From: a virus
Taxonomy: Duplodnaviria; Caudoviricetes
IMG/VR virus record: IMGVR_UViG_3300035018_000016
Location: 1-53,624 of that record
Length of the DNA stretch: 53,624 bases
Reading direction: 5' to 3' (one strand)
Positions 17,165 through 25,930 of this stretch are shown here, piece by piece; position 1 is the stretch's first letter; each line of letters begins with the position of its first letter. The notes below the pieces were generated by a model. It was not told the DNA's origin and searched no databases. It saw nothing but the letters and a program-made list of their open reading frames with translations. Position numbers and translations under genes: made by a program.

Positions 17165-17724
17165 TTGCCCGCTTCGGCGACTGGCAGCTGACTGCCCGGG
17201 GCCGGTTGATGTGGCCGCTCGATCCACGCCCCGACGAGATCGATATTCGCGACATCGCCCACCACCTCGCGCGCATCTGCCGCTGGGGTGGCGCCGTCAC
17301 CGATTACTATTCGGTCGCCGAACACTCGGTAATGCTGGCGCGTCACTTCTGCATCGACCAGGAGCGTGGTCTCGCGCGCTGGGCGCTGTTGCACGACGCG
17401 GCCGAGGCCTATCTCGGCGACATCGTCCGACCGCTGAAACCCTACTTCTACGAGGCCCAGAAGTTCGAGGGTTACCTCGAGCGCATGATCTGGCAGCGGT
17501 TCGGTCTCGACGGTGACCTGCCCGACGAGGTGAAGCGCGCCGACACGGCAATCCTGGGTGACGAGCGGGACCAGCTGTTCGGCGAGACCAGTGCTCATGC
17601 TGAACGCAAGCGCGAGGGTGAGACCGGTCTCGGGCTGGTCCTGAGGCAATGGGGCCCGAAGCGGGCGACGGAAGAGTTCCTGTGCCTTTTCGGTCAGCTC
17701 TTCCCCGAGTGGCGGGTGCCATGA
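17161..17724 (+). CDS. HD-domain 5'-deoxynucleotidase (YfbR-like)
   Basis: DIAHHLARICRWGG..YSVAEHS..LLHDAAEAYLGDI..VKRAD. Confidence 0.85.
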   Translation: MIARFGDWQLTARGRLMWPLDPRPDEIDIRDIAHHLARICRWGGAVTDYYSVAEHSVMLARHFCIDQERGLARWALLHDAAEAYLGDIVRPLKPYFYEAQKFEGYLERMIWQRFGLDGDLPDEVKRADTAILGDERDQLFGETSAHAERKREGETGLGLVLRQWGPKRATEEFLCLFGQLFPEWRVP

Positions 17725-18089
17725 CCGTGGTTTCACGCGAAACGTTGGCGCAACCGAAGAGCGGAGGAGGCAAATACGTCTCGCCCTTTCGGCAGGGGCA
17801 GGGCGAGCGGACGCGGACGGCGATCCTGGAGGCGGCGCTGCAGCTGATCCGGAAAGGTCGCTTTCGCCCCGAGGCCCGCGAGCTGGCTTCCCTGGCCGAC
17901 ATTCACCGCTCGGCCGTCGTGCGCCACTTCGGTTCGCTGCAGCTCCTCTACAACGTCATCGCCCGCGAGCATGCGGACAAGGTGCTGCAGGCGCTGGGCA
18001 TCGAGCCGATGGACGACGCGCGCACCTGCGCGCTGCAGGACGACCTGGTCTGGATCGCCATGACGGGGCACCGGAGGCCGCCGCTGTGA
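17721..18089 (+). CDS. TetR-like HTH protein
   Basis: ERTRTAILEAALQLI..ARELASLADIHRSAVVRHFGS. Confidence 0.75.
   Translation: MTVVSRETLAQPKSGGGKYVSPFRQGQGERTRTAILEAALQLIRKGRFRPEARELASLADIHRSAVVRHFGSLQLLYNVIAREHADKVLQALGIEPMDDARTCALQDDLVWIAMTGHRRPPL
17729..17744. promoter_or_regulatory. parS-like site (chromosomal consensus type)
   Basis: GGTTTCACGCGAAACG versus consensus TGTTTCACGTGAAACA; 13 of 14 core bases match. Confidence 0.4.
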
Positions 18090-18748
18090 GCGAGGCCCGT
18101 GTCAATCCTGCACCGCGCGGTCTCTCGGCGTTGACGACAACGCCTGCCGACCGCCGGGAGGATCGGCGGGCCGATCCTCCGACCTGGCCGCGTGCCGTCG
18201 ACCGGTCGGTGCTGTGGGGCGATTCCGCGCCCGGCGTCCTGGTTGCCCGCCTGCCGTCGGCGCGGCCCGTCTACGAGCCGCTCGTCGTCACGACGCTCCG
18301 CCGCTACGTCCGTCGCGGCGCGTCGGAACGCCTGCTGCATCGCATCGCCGGATCGGCGGCGCATTTCAGGACGCTGGTCCGTGTGTGGGATCTGGATGGT
18401 CGGTCGCTGCGGCGGGCGCTGCAGCTGCTGCCGGCCGAACGACCGGCGCCCGCCCCGCGGTCCGAGGCCGGCGGGGCGACCGGAGGCGGCGGCGAGGTCG
18501 GTGTCGTGCTGTCGATCCCGGAACGCCGGCTCGCGCTGTTCCAGGTCATCGCCGAGTACGCCCGCGCCGGCGCGGCGATGCCGACCACGGCCCGTCTGTC
18601 GCGCTTCTTCGGCGTGAGTCCGGGGACGATCGACAACGATATCGACTGCCTGCGCGGCGACGGTCGCATCGCCTGTTCGCTCGCCGCCGACGTGCACGGC
18701 CCGCGCCGCGTCATCCGTCTCGTCCCTCCGGCGGGAGCGCGGGCATGA
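18086..18748 (+). CDS. Hypothetical protein with a C-terminal winged HTH (paralog of 19901-20455)
   Basis: PTTARLSRFFGVSPGTIDNDIDCLRGDGRI; shared N-terminal motif EPL..T.LRR...RGAS...LHRIAGS. Confidence 0.65.
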   Translation: MSEARVNPAPRGLSALTTTPADRREDRRADPPTWPRAVDRSVLWGDSAPGVLVARLPSARPVYEPLVVTTLRRYVRRGASERLLHRIAGSAAHFRTLVRVWDLDGRSLRRALQLLPAERPAPAPRSEAGGATGGGGEVGVVLSIPERRLALFQVIAEYARAGAAMPTTARLSRFFGVSPGTIDNDIDCLRGDGRIACSLAADVHGPRRVIRLVPPAGARA

Positions 18749-19845
18749 GAACGGACCGCCTCGCCGTCAGCTTCGACCGCGACCGCTGGACCAAGCGCAA
18801 GGCCGCCGTGCTGGAGCGGGTCGGGCTCTACGATGCGATCGTGAGCGTCGTCGCGCTGAAGAGCGTCGCGAAGCATGAATACAGGGGCGTCTGCCCGTTG
18901 CCGACGTGCGGTGCGTCGTCGTTCACGCTGAACACCAAGAAGGGCCTGTTCAAGTGCTTCGGCTGCGATGCCAGCGGCACCAATGCCATCGACTTCGTGA
19001 TGGCGCGGCAGAAGCTGGAGTTCACCGAAGCGATCGAGCTGCTGGAATCCGAGAACGGCCTCTCGCGCCTGGCCGCGAGCCCGGCGCCGGCGCCGCGGCC
19101 CCAACGCTTGGACCCGGCGACGGGTCTAAGCGTGCCCGTGCCGCAGGCCGACGACGTGCAGCGCGATCAGCGGGTGCAGCGCCTCTGGGCCCGGGCCGTC
19201 CACGACCCGGCCATCGACCAGTACCTGCGTGGCCGCGCCCTGGTGCCCTGTGCCGAGTACGGCTTCGGCGATCCCGCCGTCAACGGCGGCTGGCCGGCCG
19301 CCCTGAAGTTCGTGGCGGCCTGTTATCACGGCATCGAGCAGCGTGACTTCCCCGCGATGATCGTGCCCTACCGCAAGCCGGACGGCACGGTGGTGGCCGT
19401 CCATCGCACCTACCTGAAGCGCGTCACCGGCGGCTGGGAGAAGGCCGGCACCCGCAAGGACAAGATGCACCTCGGCCCCCGCGCGGGCGCGCTGCTCATG
19501 TTGTGCGAGCCGGCGGAAGCGATGACGGCCGGCGAAGGCCTCGAGACGTCGATGTCCAACATGCAGCTGTGGCGCCGCGCCGGCTTTGCCTACGGCTCGG
19601 CCGACGCCATGGCCAAGGTCGAGCCGCCGTTCCTCTGCAGCGACCTGCTGATCGGCGCCGACTGGAACAAGCTCCGCCGCACCGGCGAACGCGCCGCCTG
19701 GGCCGCGAAGAAGGCCTTCAGCACGGGCGGCCGGCACATCGGGATCATGGTCCCGAACATGCGCCACCTCGACAAGGCGGATTTCAACGACGTGCTGAAA
19801 GAGCAACGGGCGGCCGAACGGCGTTCGGCAGGGGAGGCGGCATGA
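18745..19845 (+). CDS. DNA primase (CHC2-type zinc finger + Toprim)
   Basis: GVCPLPTC..FKCFGCDASG; AVHRTYL; GEGLET; IGAD; DFND. Confidence 0.85.
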   Translation: MRTDRLAVSFDRDRWTKRKAAVLERVGLYDAIVSVVALKSVAKHEYRGVCPLPTCGASSFTLNTKKGLFKCFGCDASGTNAIDFVMARQKLEFTEAIELLESENGLSRLAASPAPAPRPQRLDPATGLSVPVPQADDVQRDQRVQRLWARAVHDPAIDQYLRGRALVPCAEYGFGDPAVNGGWPAALKFVAACYHGIEQRDFPAMIVPYRKPDGTVVAVHRTYLKRVTGGWEKAGTRKDKMHLGPRAGALLMLCEPAEAMTAGEGLETSMSNMQLWRRAGFAYGSADAMAKVEPPFLCSDLLIGADWNKLRRTGERAAWAAKKAFSTGGRHIGIMVPNMRHLDKADFNDVLKEQRAAERRSAGEAA

Positions 19846-19904
19846 GGATGTGGCCCAATATCGGCATTCGCGCGATCGCTGAAATCCTGAGGGCGCAGGC
19901 ATGA
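19842..19904 (+). CDS. 20-aa peptide coupled on both sides
   Basis: MRMWPNIGIRAIAEILRAQA*; GGAGG RBS; ATGA overlaps at both ends. Confidence 0.45.
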   Translation: MRMWPNIGIRAIAEILRAQA

Positions 19905-20455
19905 GCGTCCTGATCGCGCATGACCTCGGCTTGCCGCCGCGCCGCGAGCCCCTGACGGTCACGCAGCTGCGCCGGCAGATCGCCCGTGGCGCATCGGCGG
20001 CCGTCTTGCATCGCATCGCGGGCTCCGAGGCCGACTATCGGCGGCTGTCTGCGGAATACCGGCTGCAGGGACCGGCAGTCCGTGCGGCCGCGCCCCGGCC
20101 GGCGCCGACTGTCTCGACCTCGGCGGTCGCGCCGCCAGCGCCCGAATCGCCCAAGACGACGTCCTGGGAGCGCCGGGCCCGGCTGATGCGGTTCATCCTG
20201 GGCACCGCCGAGGCCGGCCTGGTACTGCCGGAAACGGCGGACCTCGCGCGCGAACTCGGCCTGCCGACTCTTGCCATCGAGCAGGATCTGCTCGGCCTGG
20301 TGCGGGACGGCCGCGTGCGCGTGTCGTCGTACTGGTGTGTCGATCACGCCGTGCGCCGTGTCGAGCTGGTCGGCCGCAACCTCTTCACGGCACTGCCGCC
20401 GCTCGATCGACCGATTGAGGGTGTCCGTCCGATGACACAGGAGATCAGAACTTGA
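19901..20455 (+). CDS. Hypothetical protein with a C-terminal winged HTH (paralog of 18086-18748)
   Basis: EPLTVTQLRRQIARGASAAVLHRIAGS; PETADLARELGLPTLAIEQDLLGLVRDGRV. Confidence 0.65.
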   Translation: MSVLIAHDLGLPPRREPLTVTQLRRQIARGASAAVLHRIAGSEADYRRLSAEYRLQGPAVRAAAPRPAPTVSTSAVAPPAPESPKTTSWERRARLMRFILGTAEAGLVLPETADLARELGLPTLAIEQDLLGLVRDGRVRVSSYWCVDHAVRRVELVGRNLFTALPPLDRPIEGVRPMTQEIRT

Positions 20456-20691
20456 GCGATCAGCTTCTCGAACATCACTCTGGCAATCGCCGGCTCGCCG
20501 ATCTTGGCAACGCCATCAGCGATGCCGCGTACAAGGCCATTGCCGACGGGCTCGCGCCCGACTTCGTCTGCTCGGTCCTCGTGGGGGTGGCGGCCGATTA
20601 CTGGCTGCAGGCCTATGACCGTCCGGTAACGGTGCTCGGTGATATCTTGGTGGCGAAGGCGCGGGCCGCTCGGGCGGGTGGTCGTGGCTGA
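20452..20691 (+). CDS. Hypothetical phage protein
   Basis: 79 aa; TTG start overlapping the upstream stop, GGAG RBS. Confidence 0.55.
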   Translation: MSDQLLEHHSGNRRLADLGNAISDAAYKAIADGLAPDFVCSVLVGVAADYWLQAYDRPVTVLGDILVAKARAARAGGRG

Positions 20692-21499
20692 AACCCGGCG
20701 CAACAAATCGAAACCCGTCGTCGAGCTCGGCACGCCGCCCAGCCTGGACTGGATCGCGCTGGAGCGGCTCACGGTCGACAAGCGCTACCAGCGCGCGATG
20801 GGCGAGAAAAACCAGCGGCATGTTCGCCGCATCGCCGGCGCGTTCCGCTGGAACTACTACCAGCCGATCATCGTCACCGAATCGGGGTCGCAATATGCCG
20901 TGATCGACGGCCAGCACCGCCTCGCCGCGGCGAAGTTGCATCCCAAGATCACGGCCCTGCCGTGTTACATCGTCGATGCGCCCGACGTGGCGACCCAGGC
21001 CGGCATTTTCGTCGCGACAAATAGCCAGCGCATCGGCCTCTCGCGCATCCAGAAGTTCTGGGCGGCCCAGGCGGCCGGCACCGATTGGGCCCTTAGCATC
21101 CACAAGCTCTGTGCCGACGCCGGCGTCACCATCCTGCGCGGGCCGCCGTCCTATGTGCTGCCGCCGCGCTCGACGCTCGCGACCTACACGCTGCAGAAGC
21201 TGCTGCCGCTCGGTCGCCAGGTCCTGGCCGATGCGCTCGGCGTGCTGGTGGCTACGCACGGCGAGACCACGAACGCGCTGCGTTCGCCCACGATCGCGGC
21301 CGTCACGCGCATCGTGAAGGCGGAGCCGGCGGTCGTGGCCTCGGGCCGGCTGGCGCGTGGCCTGAAGCGGCTCGATCTCGACCAGACCATCAACGAGGCC
21401 AAGACGAATCGGGTTACCGGGGGGGGCTCGCTCGAAGCGGCGCTCGAGCGCGTCCTGCGTCAGAGGCTCGGCCTCGCCGACGAGCGGAGGGCGGCGTGA
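20684..21499 (+). CDS. ParB N-terminal-like (DGQHR-type) domain protein
   Basis: LTVDKRYQR..QPIIVT..YAVIDGQHRLAAA..LPCYIV. Confidence 0.78.
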   Translation: MAETRRNKSKPVVELGTPPSLDWIALERLTVDKRYQRAMGEKNQRHVRRIAGAFRWNYYQPIIVTESGSQYAVIDGQHRLAAAKLHPKITALPCYIVDAPDVATQAGIFVATNSQRIGLSRIQKFWAAQAAGTDWALSIHKLCADAGVTILRGPPSYVLPPRSTLATYTLQKLLPLGRQVLADALGVLVATHGETTNALRSPTIAAVTRIVKAEPAVVASGRLARGLKRLDLDQTINEAKTNRVTGGGSLEAALERVLRQRLGLADERRAA

Positions 21500-21501
21500 G
21501 C

Positions 21502-22017
21502 CTACTTCGTCTCGCCCAGCCAATCCTTCCAGAGGCCGCGTCGCGCCTTGCGGGCCTCGGCTTCGGCCGTCGCATAGGACACGCTCAGCGCCACCTTGTC
21601 CGGCGCGGTGTCGCTCAGCCAGAAGCCGTAGGCCATGCCGCCCTTCAGCAGCTCGAGGCTGACATCGGTCGTGCCGGCGCTGCAGCTCGCCACGACGCGG
21701 CAGTAGCGGTCCCACTTGCGCGGCTCGCACTTGGCGCGGTGACCCGACGCCGCCAGCAGATCCTCGAGGGCGGCGCGCGTGCGCATGCCGGCGGTGCTTT
21801 CCTGGCCGGTCTGCTTGTCGCGCAGCTCGGGCGCCTGGATGCCCCAGAGCCGGATCGAGGGCGCGTAGCCCACGCCGTAGATCGTGTCGCCGTCGCCGCT
21901 GAACACGAGGCCCTCGAACGTGCCGGGCAACTGGCCGCAGTCCTTTTTCGGCGTGTCGGCGCCGGCGGGGAGAGCGACGAGGGCGGTTACGACGGCGGCG
22001 ACGGCGAGCTGGTTCAT
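21502..22017 (-). CDS. Secreted thermonuclease (SNase-fold) family protein
   Basis: Signal peptide; DGDT, IRLWGIQAPE, DRYCR, AEAEARKARRGLW. Confidence 0.85.
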   Translation of the reverse strand: MNQLAVAAVVTALVALPAGADTPKKDCGQLPGTFEGLVFSGDGDTIYGVGYAPSIRLWGIQAPELRDKQTGQESTAGMRTRAALEDLLAASGHRAKCEPRKWDRYCRVVASCSAGTTDVSLELLKGGMAYGFWLSDTAPDKVALSVSYATAEAEARKARRGLWKDWLGETK

Positions 22018-22136
22018 GGGCGCGATCGTGGCGGCCGAATGCGACCGCCACGCGGCGCTCCCGCGGCGGCGCCGGGGTGAAGTGTTGCGTTCGGTGAAGA
22101 GGCGAACGGCGTTCGGCGTAGCGTAGAGCGGGGACA

Positions 22137-24050
22137 ATGAACAATAACGACCAAGATCCTGGCGAGGACGACGAATGGGGCGACGGCGCGACAGGTGACT
22201 TCGCCGTCGATTCGATCGATCCCGACGCCGGCGCCGCTCCGCAGGAGAAGCCGGACGGTCCACCGGAGAAGTACCGCGACGGCTCGTGGTACGACCGGTC
22301 GCGCCAAGACTGGTGGTGGAACAGCCGTCTCGATCCGTGCCCGGTACGGCCCTACGGCCACGGGCCCGGCGGCATCTACTATCTCGTGACGCCGCAGGGT
22401 GAGCTGCGCAAGTTCACGGCGGCACAGCTGCATCGCGCCGGCGGTCTCGCCGATCTCTTCGCCGCGCGCCTGTGGTGGCTCATCAAGCACTTTCCCGGGG
22501 TCGACAAGAAGACCGGTGAGCCGACCAAACGGCCCAATGCCGTCATTGCGGCCGAAGCGATGATGCGGGCCTGTGTCGACGTGGGCTATGTCTCGGGCGA
22601 CGTCGAGCATCGCATGGCCGGCACCTGGCGCGGTCCGGACGGACGGCCGATCGTGCATGCCGGCAACGCCTTGATCCGCGAGGGCGAGATACTGAAGCCG
22701 GGCGCGCGGCTCGGCACGCCGCTCTACGTGATCGCGGGCAAGCGCGAGCGGCCGGCGATGGTCTCGCTTCCTCGCGGCGGCTCGGCCTATGCCGACGTGC
22801 CGGCGCAGCTCGGGCAAAATCTGGTCGCGGCCTTGTTCAACTGGAATTTCCAGCAGGAGGGCGCCGCGGAGCTGGTCGCCGGCTATCTCGCCCAGGCCTT
22901 CCTGGGCGACGCGACGCACTGGCGCTCGCACATGTTCCTGCGCGCCCAGCCGGGCTCCGGCAAGTCGACGTTGATGCTGCTGATGCGCGCCGCCTTGGGC
23001 GGTGCCGGGCAGGACATCGCGAACACCTACTCGGGCGCCTTCGTCGAGCAGGAGTTCCTCCGGCAGGCCTGCGGCATCCTGCTCGACGAGAACGAGAGCG
23101 ACGGCGACCAGCAGCGTATGAAAAAGCTGCGCGAACTGATCCGGTTGCTCAGCGACCAGGGCGGCGCCAAGGGCGGGCGTGGCGGTGCCGATGGCACGGC
23201 GCGTAAGCTCGACGTGCGCGGAGCCGTCTGCATGGCGGCGACGGCGGTCGGCCACATGAAACAGCAGGACCGCGAGCGCATCACGATCATCCAGTTGCTG
23301 CGATTCGAAGAGGAAGGCCGCGAGCGCGCCACCCAGGAAGAAATCGAGGCGCTGATCCTGCGTGTCGCCGAATGGTCGGCCCAGCTACGCGCCCGCGTGC
23401 TGGGCCGGTGGGATCTCTTCTGCGAGAATTTGCGGCTCGCGCGCACGCGTATTCACGATCTTGGCGGCACTGCCCGCGACGGCAATCAGCTCGGCCACCT
23501 GCTCGCGGGGTGGTGGACGCTGACGCAGGACCATCCGGCCGATGCCGACATGCTGGATGACATCGGCAAGCGATTCCTGCCGTGGATCATCTCGCTCAGC
23601 GATGCCGAAGAGGGAACGGACCCGGCCAGCCAGTGCTGGAACAAGCTGCTCGGGTCGGACGCACACGTCTGGCGTGGCGGCGAATCGCTCACGGTCGGCC
23701 AGGTCATTGCGCGCGCGCGCGAACCCGGTGGGGGCGAGTCGCACCGCCGCGCGCTCCTTGGGATGGGCCTTCGGCTGCTGCCGGCCGATCTCAAGGACAA
23801 GAATCCGCTCTGGTTCCTCGCCGATCTCGGAATCGCCAACACGCACGACGGTCTCATGCGGATATTCGAGGGCTCTGACTGGTCGGACGGCCGCTGGGCC
23901 GATGTCCTTTGCCATCTCGAGTTCCGGCCGATCGGCGGCGACAAGGTGAAGGTCTCGCTGCATGGGCCCGTCCGCTTTGGCGGCCCTCAGAGCCGTGGCG
24001 TCCTCGTGCCGTCTCTTTTCCTGCCCTCAATGGCGGACGAAGAGCCATGA
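22137..24050 (+). CDS. Phage replicative helicase / P-loop NTPase
   Basis: Walker A AQPGSGKST, Walker B ILLDENES; in the replication module after the primase. Confidence 0.75.
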   Translation: MNNNDQDPGEDDEWGDGATGDFAVDSIDPDAGAAPQEKPDGPPEKYRDGSWYDRSRQDWWWNSRLDPCPVRPYGHGPGGIYYLVTPQGELRKFTAAQLHRAGGLADLFAARLWWLIKHFPGVDKKTGEPTKRPNAVIAAEAMMRACVDVGYVSGDVEHRMAGTWRGPDGRPIVHAGNALIREGEILKPGARLGTPLYVIAGKRERPAMVSLPRGGSAYADVPAQLGQNLVAALFNWNFQQEGAAELVAGYLAQAFLGDATHWRSHMFLRAQPGSGKSTLMLLMRAALGGAGQDIANTYSGAFVEQEFLRQACGILLDENESDGDQQRMKKLRELIRLLSDQGGAKGGRGGADGTARKLDVRGAVCMAATAVGHMKQQDRERITIIQLLRFEEEGRERATQEEIEALILRVAEWSAQLRARVLGRWDLFCENLRLARTRIHDLGGTARDGNQLGHLLAGWWTLTQDHPADADMLDDIGKRFLPWIISLSDAEEGTDPASQCWNKLLGSDAHVWRGGESLTVGQVIARAREPGGGESHRRALLGMGLRLLPADLKDKNPLWFLADLGIANTHDGLMRIFEGSDWSDGRWADVLCHLEFRPIGGDKVKVSLHGPVRFGGPQSRGVLVPSLFLPSMADEEP

Positions 24051-24060
24051 CCGTCCCGCT

Positions 24061-24292
24061 TGTACCAGCGCCGTACCGCGCCCGTACCGGGCCTAAACGA
24101 TTGTGGCGACGACCAAAAAGGCGACAGCGGTACGGCGGTACGGGCACCCCTCACAGGGGACTCATGCGTGCGTGCGCGACAGGACGGGTCATTTCTTAGC
24201 GTACCGATGTAACGACTTCTAAATTAATGAAGAGATTCAAATGAGTAAGAGCGTTACGGAGCCGGTACAGAAGCGGGACGAAGCGGTACAGC
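24061..24292. repeat. GTAC iteron-like cluster with AT-rich core (putative replication origin)
   Basis: GTAC at 24062, 24073, 24084, 24130, 24138, 24201, 24265 and 24286; AT-rich stretch about 24217-24250. Confidence 0.55.
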
Positions 24293-24885
24293 CCCAGCAG
24301 AGGTTCAAAACGCCGGTTCGAGGCGCTGATGAGCGGGCTTTCCTGCTCAGCGAGCGAAGTGCTGCCTGGGGTAAGCGTGAGGTGGCGCTGCCGCCGGTCG
24401 TCGAGCCGTCGTTCGAGACGGGTGCTTTCGGACCGATGCCGATCGAATGGACCCATGACCTGGTCCACTGCCGGTTGCTGTCGGTCAACGCGTTGATGAA
24501 GAAGTTGCCGCCCGTGAAGGTGCCGCCTCTCTACCGTTCGTTCCTTGGCGATCTGCAGCCGCAGTCGGCGGGCGTGCTGCGCCGATCGTTGACGCCGGAG
24601 GAGGTGACCCGGCTCGATTGGACGATGGACCGGGTCTACCTGCGCTCGGACATCGATCGAGCCGTGCTCATGGGCATCATGTCGGGCTGTTCACTGCGCA
24701 AGGTGGCGAAGATTACCGAGGTTGTGGCGGCGCGCCTGGGCGGCAAGGCGCTGAAGAAAACCGCCGTCAGTGAACGGTATCTCTATCTCACGACGATCAT
24801 GGCGGCCGAATGGAACGGCGAGAAGCAGCCGGTCGATGACGTCACGCGGAAGTGCTGGCTCATCCTCGCCGAGAAAAAACATTAG
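24241..24885 (+). CDS. Putative late-gene transcription regulator (start may be further downstream)
   Basis: Between replication and packaging modules; C-terminal HTH-like SGCSLRKVAKI. Confidence 0.55.
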   Translation: MSKSVTEPVQKRDEAVQPQQRFKTPVRGADERAFLLSERSAAWGKREVALPPVVEPSFETGAFGPMPIEWTHDLVHCRLLSVNALMKKLPPVKVPPLYRSFLGDLQPQSAGVLRRSLTPEEVTRLDWTMDRVYLRSDIDRAVLMGIMSGCSLRKVAKITEVVAARLGGKALKKTAVSERYLYLTTIMAAEWNGEKQPVDDVTRKCWLILAEKKH

Positions 24886-24979
24886 AGGCCGCTGGACACG
24901 GCGGACAGTTTGAGCGTATTTTTTTGTTAGTGATGGCGGATCGCGCCTCACACCCCCAACAAACCGATCTGGCGACACA

Positions 24980-25573
24980 ATGCGGACGTACGTCACATCT
25001 GACGTCGACCGCTTCACGCGCCATATGGACGATGCCGCGCGGCGGCACGTTCCCTTTGCCAGGGCCCGCGCTCTTACAAAGACGGCGCAGGATGCCCAGG
25101 GCGATGTTCGGGCCGATCTGCCCAGTCGCTACACCCTGCGGAACAAATGGGTGAGCAACGGGATTCGCATCACGCCGGCGACCAAGACTGTGCCGCAGGC
25201 CGTGGTGGGTTCTCTCGAACCGTTCATGGAACGGCACGAGCGAGGCGGCACCAAGCGCGCGCGATCTCATTCGCGCGTTGCCGTGCCGGTCAATGCCAAG
25301 CGCAACAAGCGAGACATCATCCCGAGGGGTCAACGTCCTGGCGCCCTGCGAGGCAAACCGAAAATCTTCATGCTTAAGACGGCCTCGGGTGCGGGCATCG
25401 TTCGGCGTGTCGGCAAGAAGCGCTATCCGTTGCAGCTGCTCTATTGGCTGAAGCTTGGGGTGCAAGTGAAGCCGACCTTCGGTTTCAAAGCTCGGACCGA
25501 GGGCACGGTGAGCAGGAGGTTCGGGCCGAACTTCGTGGCCAGCCTGTCGGATGCAATGGGGCATCGCGGCTGA
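24980..25573 (+). CDS. Basic virion morphogenesis protein (lambda gpZ-like)
   Basis: VPFARARALTKTAQDAQ motif; highly basic; first late gene. Confidence 0.55.
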   Translation: MRTYVTSDVDRFTRHMDDAARRHVPFARARALTKTAQDAQGDVRADLPSRYTLRNKWVSNGIRITPATKTVPQAVVGSLEPFMERHERGGTKRARSHSRVAVPVNAKRNKRDIIPRGQRPGALRGKPKIFMLKTASGAGIVRRVGKKRYPLQLLYWLKLGVQVKPTFGFKARTEGTVSRRFGPNFVASLSDAMGHRG

Positions 25574-25663
25574 GGTCTAGGACTAGGGACGTGAGGTCGG
25601 TGAGGGCCAGCCCTAGGGGGTGCCGTCGCGCAACTTCCTTTCGTTTGAACGCAATTTTGTTGC

Positions 25664-25790
25664 GGGTCCTTCCTGCCGGGGCCCCTACAACGGGTAACGC
25701 GCACCCGTTTAGTTTTCTAGTAACGCCTTGATAAATTTGATGAAACGCCGTCGTTTCCCGTGTGGAAACGGGAAACGCGGCTGAGAAACC
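25664..25790 (+). other. Putative cos site (cosQ + cosN + cosB-like repeats)
   Basis: GGGTCCT (identical to lambda cosQ) at 25664-25670; dyad AACGGGT-N7-ACCCGTT at 25689-25709; GAAAC/GTTTC repeats about 25742-25790; GpA-type terminase downstream. Confidence 0.65.
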
Positions 25791-25930
25791 ATCGCCGGAA
25801 AGAGGCGGGGGCCGCAGCGTTGGAGCGCTGCAAACCGCGTGTTGGAAGCACGCACGACCGAATACCGGCCGGATATCGGCCGTCCCGCCACCCGATCACG
25901 GGCGGGGAATCAGCGCATCGGTTGTGCATC

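Noticed and set aside
16769-17724. 2-aminoadenine (Z-genome) pathway
   Set aside because: No PurZ/adenylosuccinate-synthetase-like gene or phage DNA polymerase in the window.
25752-25777. CGTTTCCCG..CGGGAAACG as a second parS
   Set aside because: Arm spacing does not fit the 16-bp parS; better explained as part of the cosB-like repeats.
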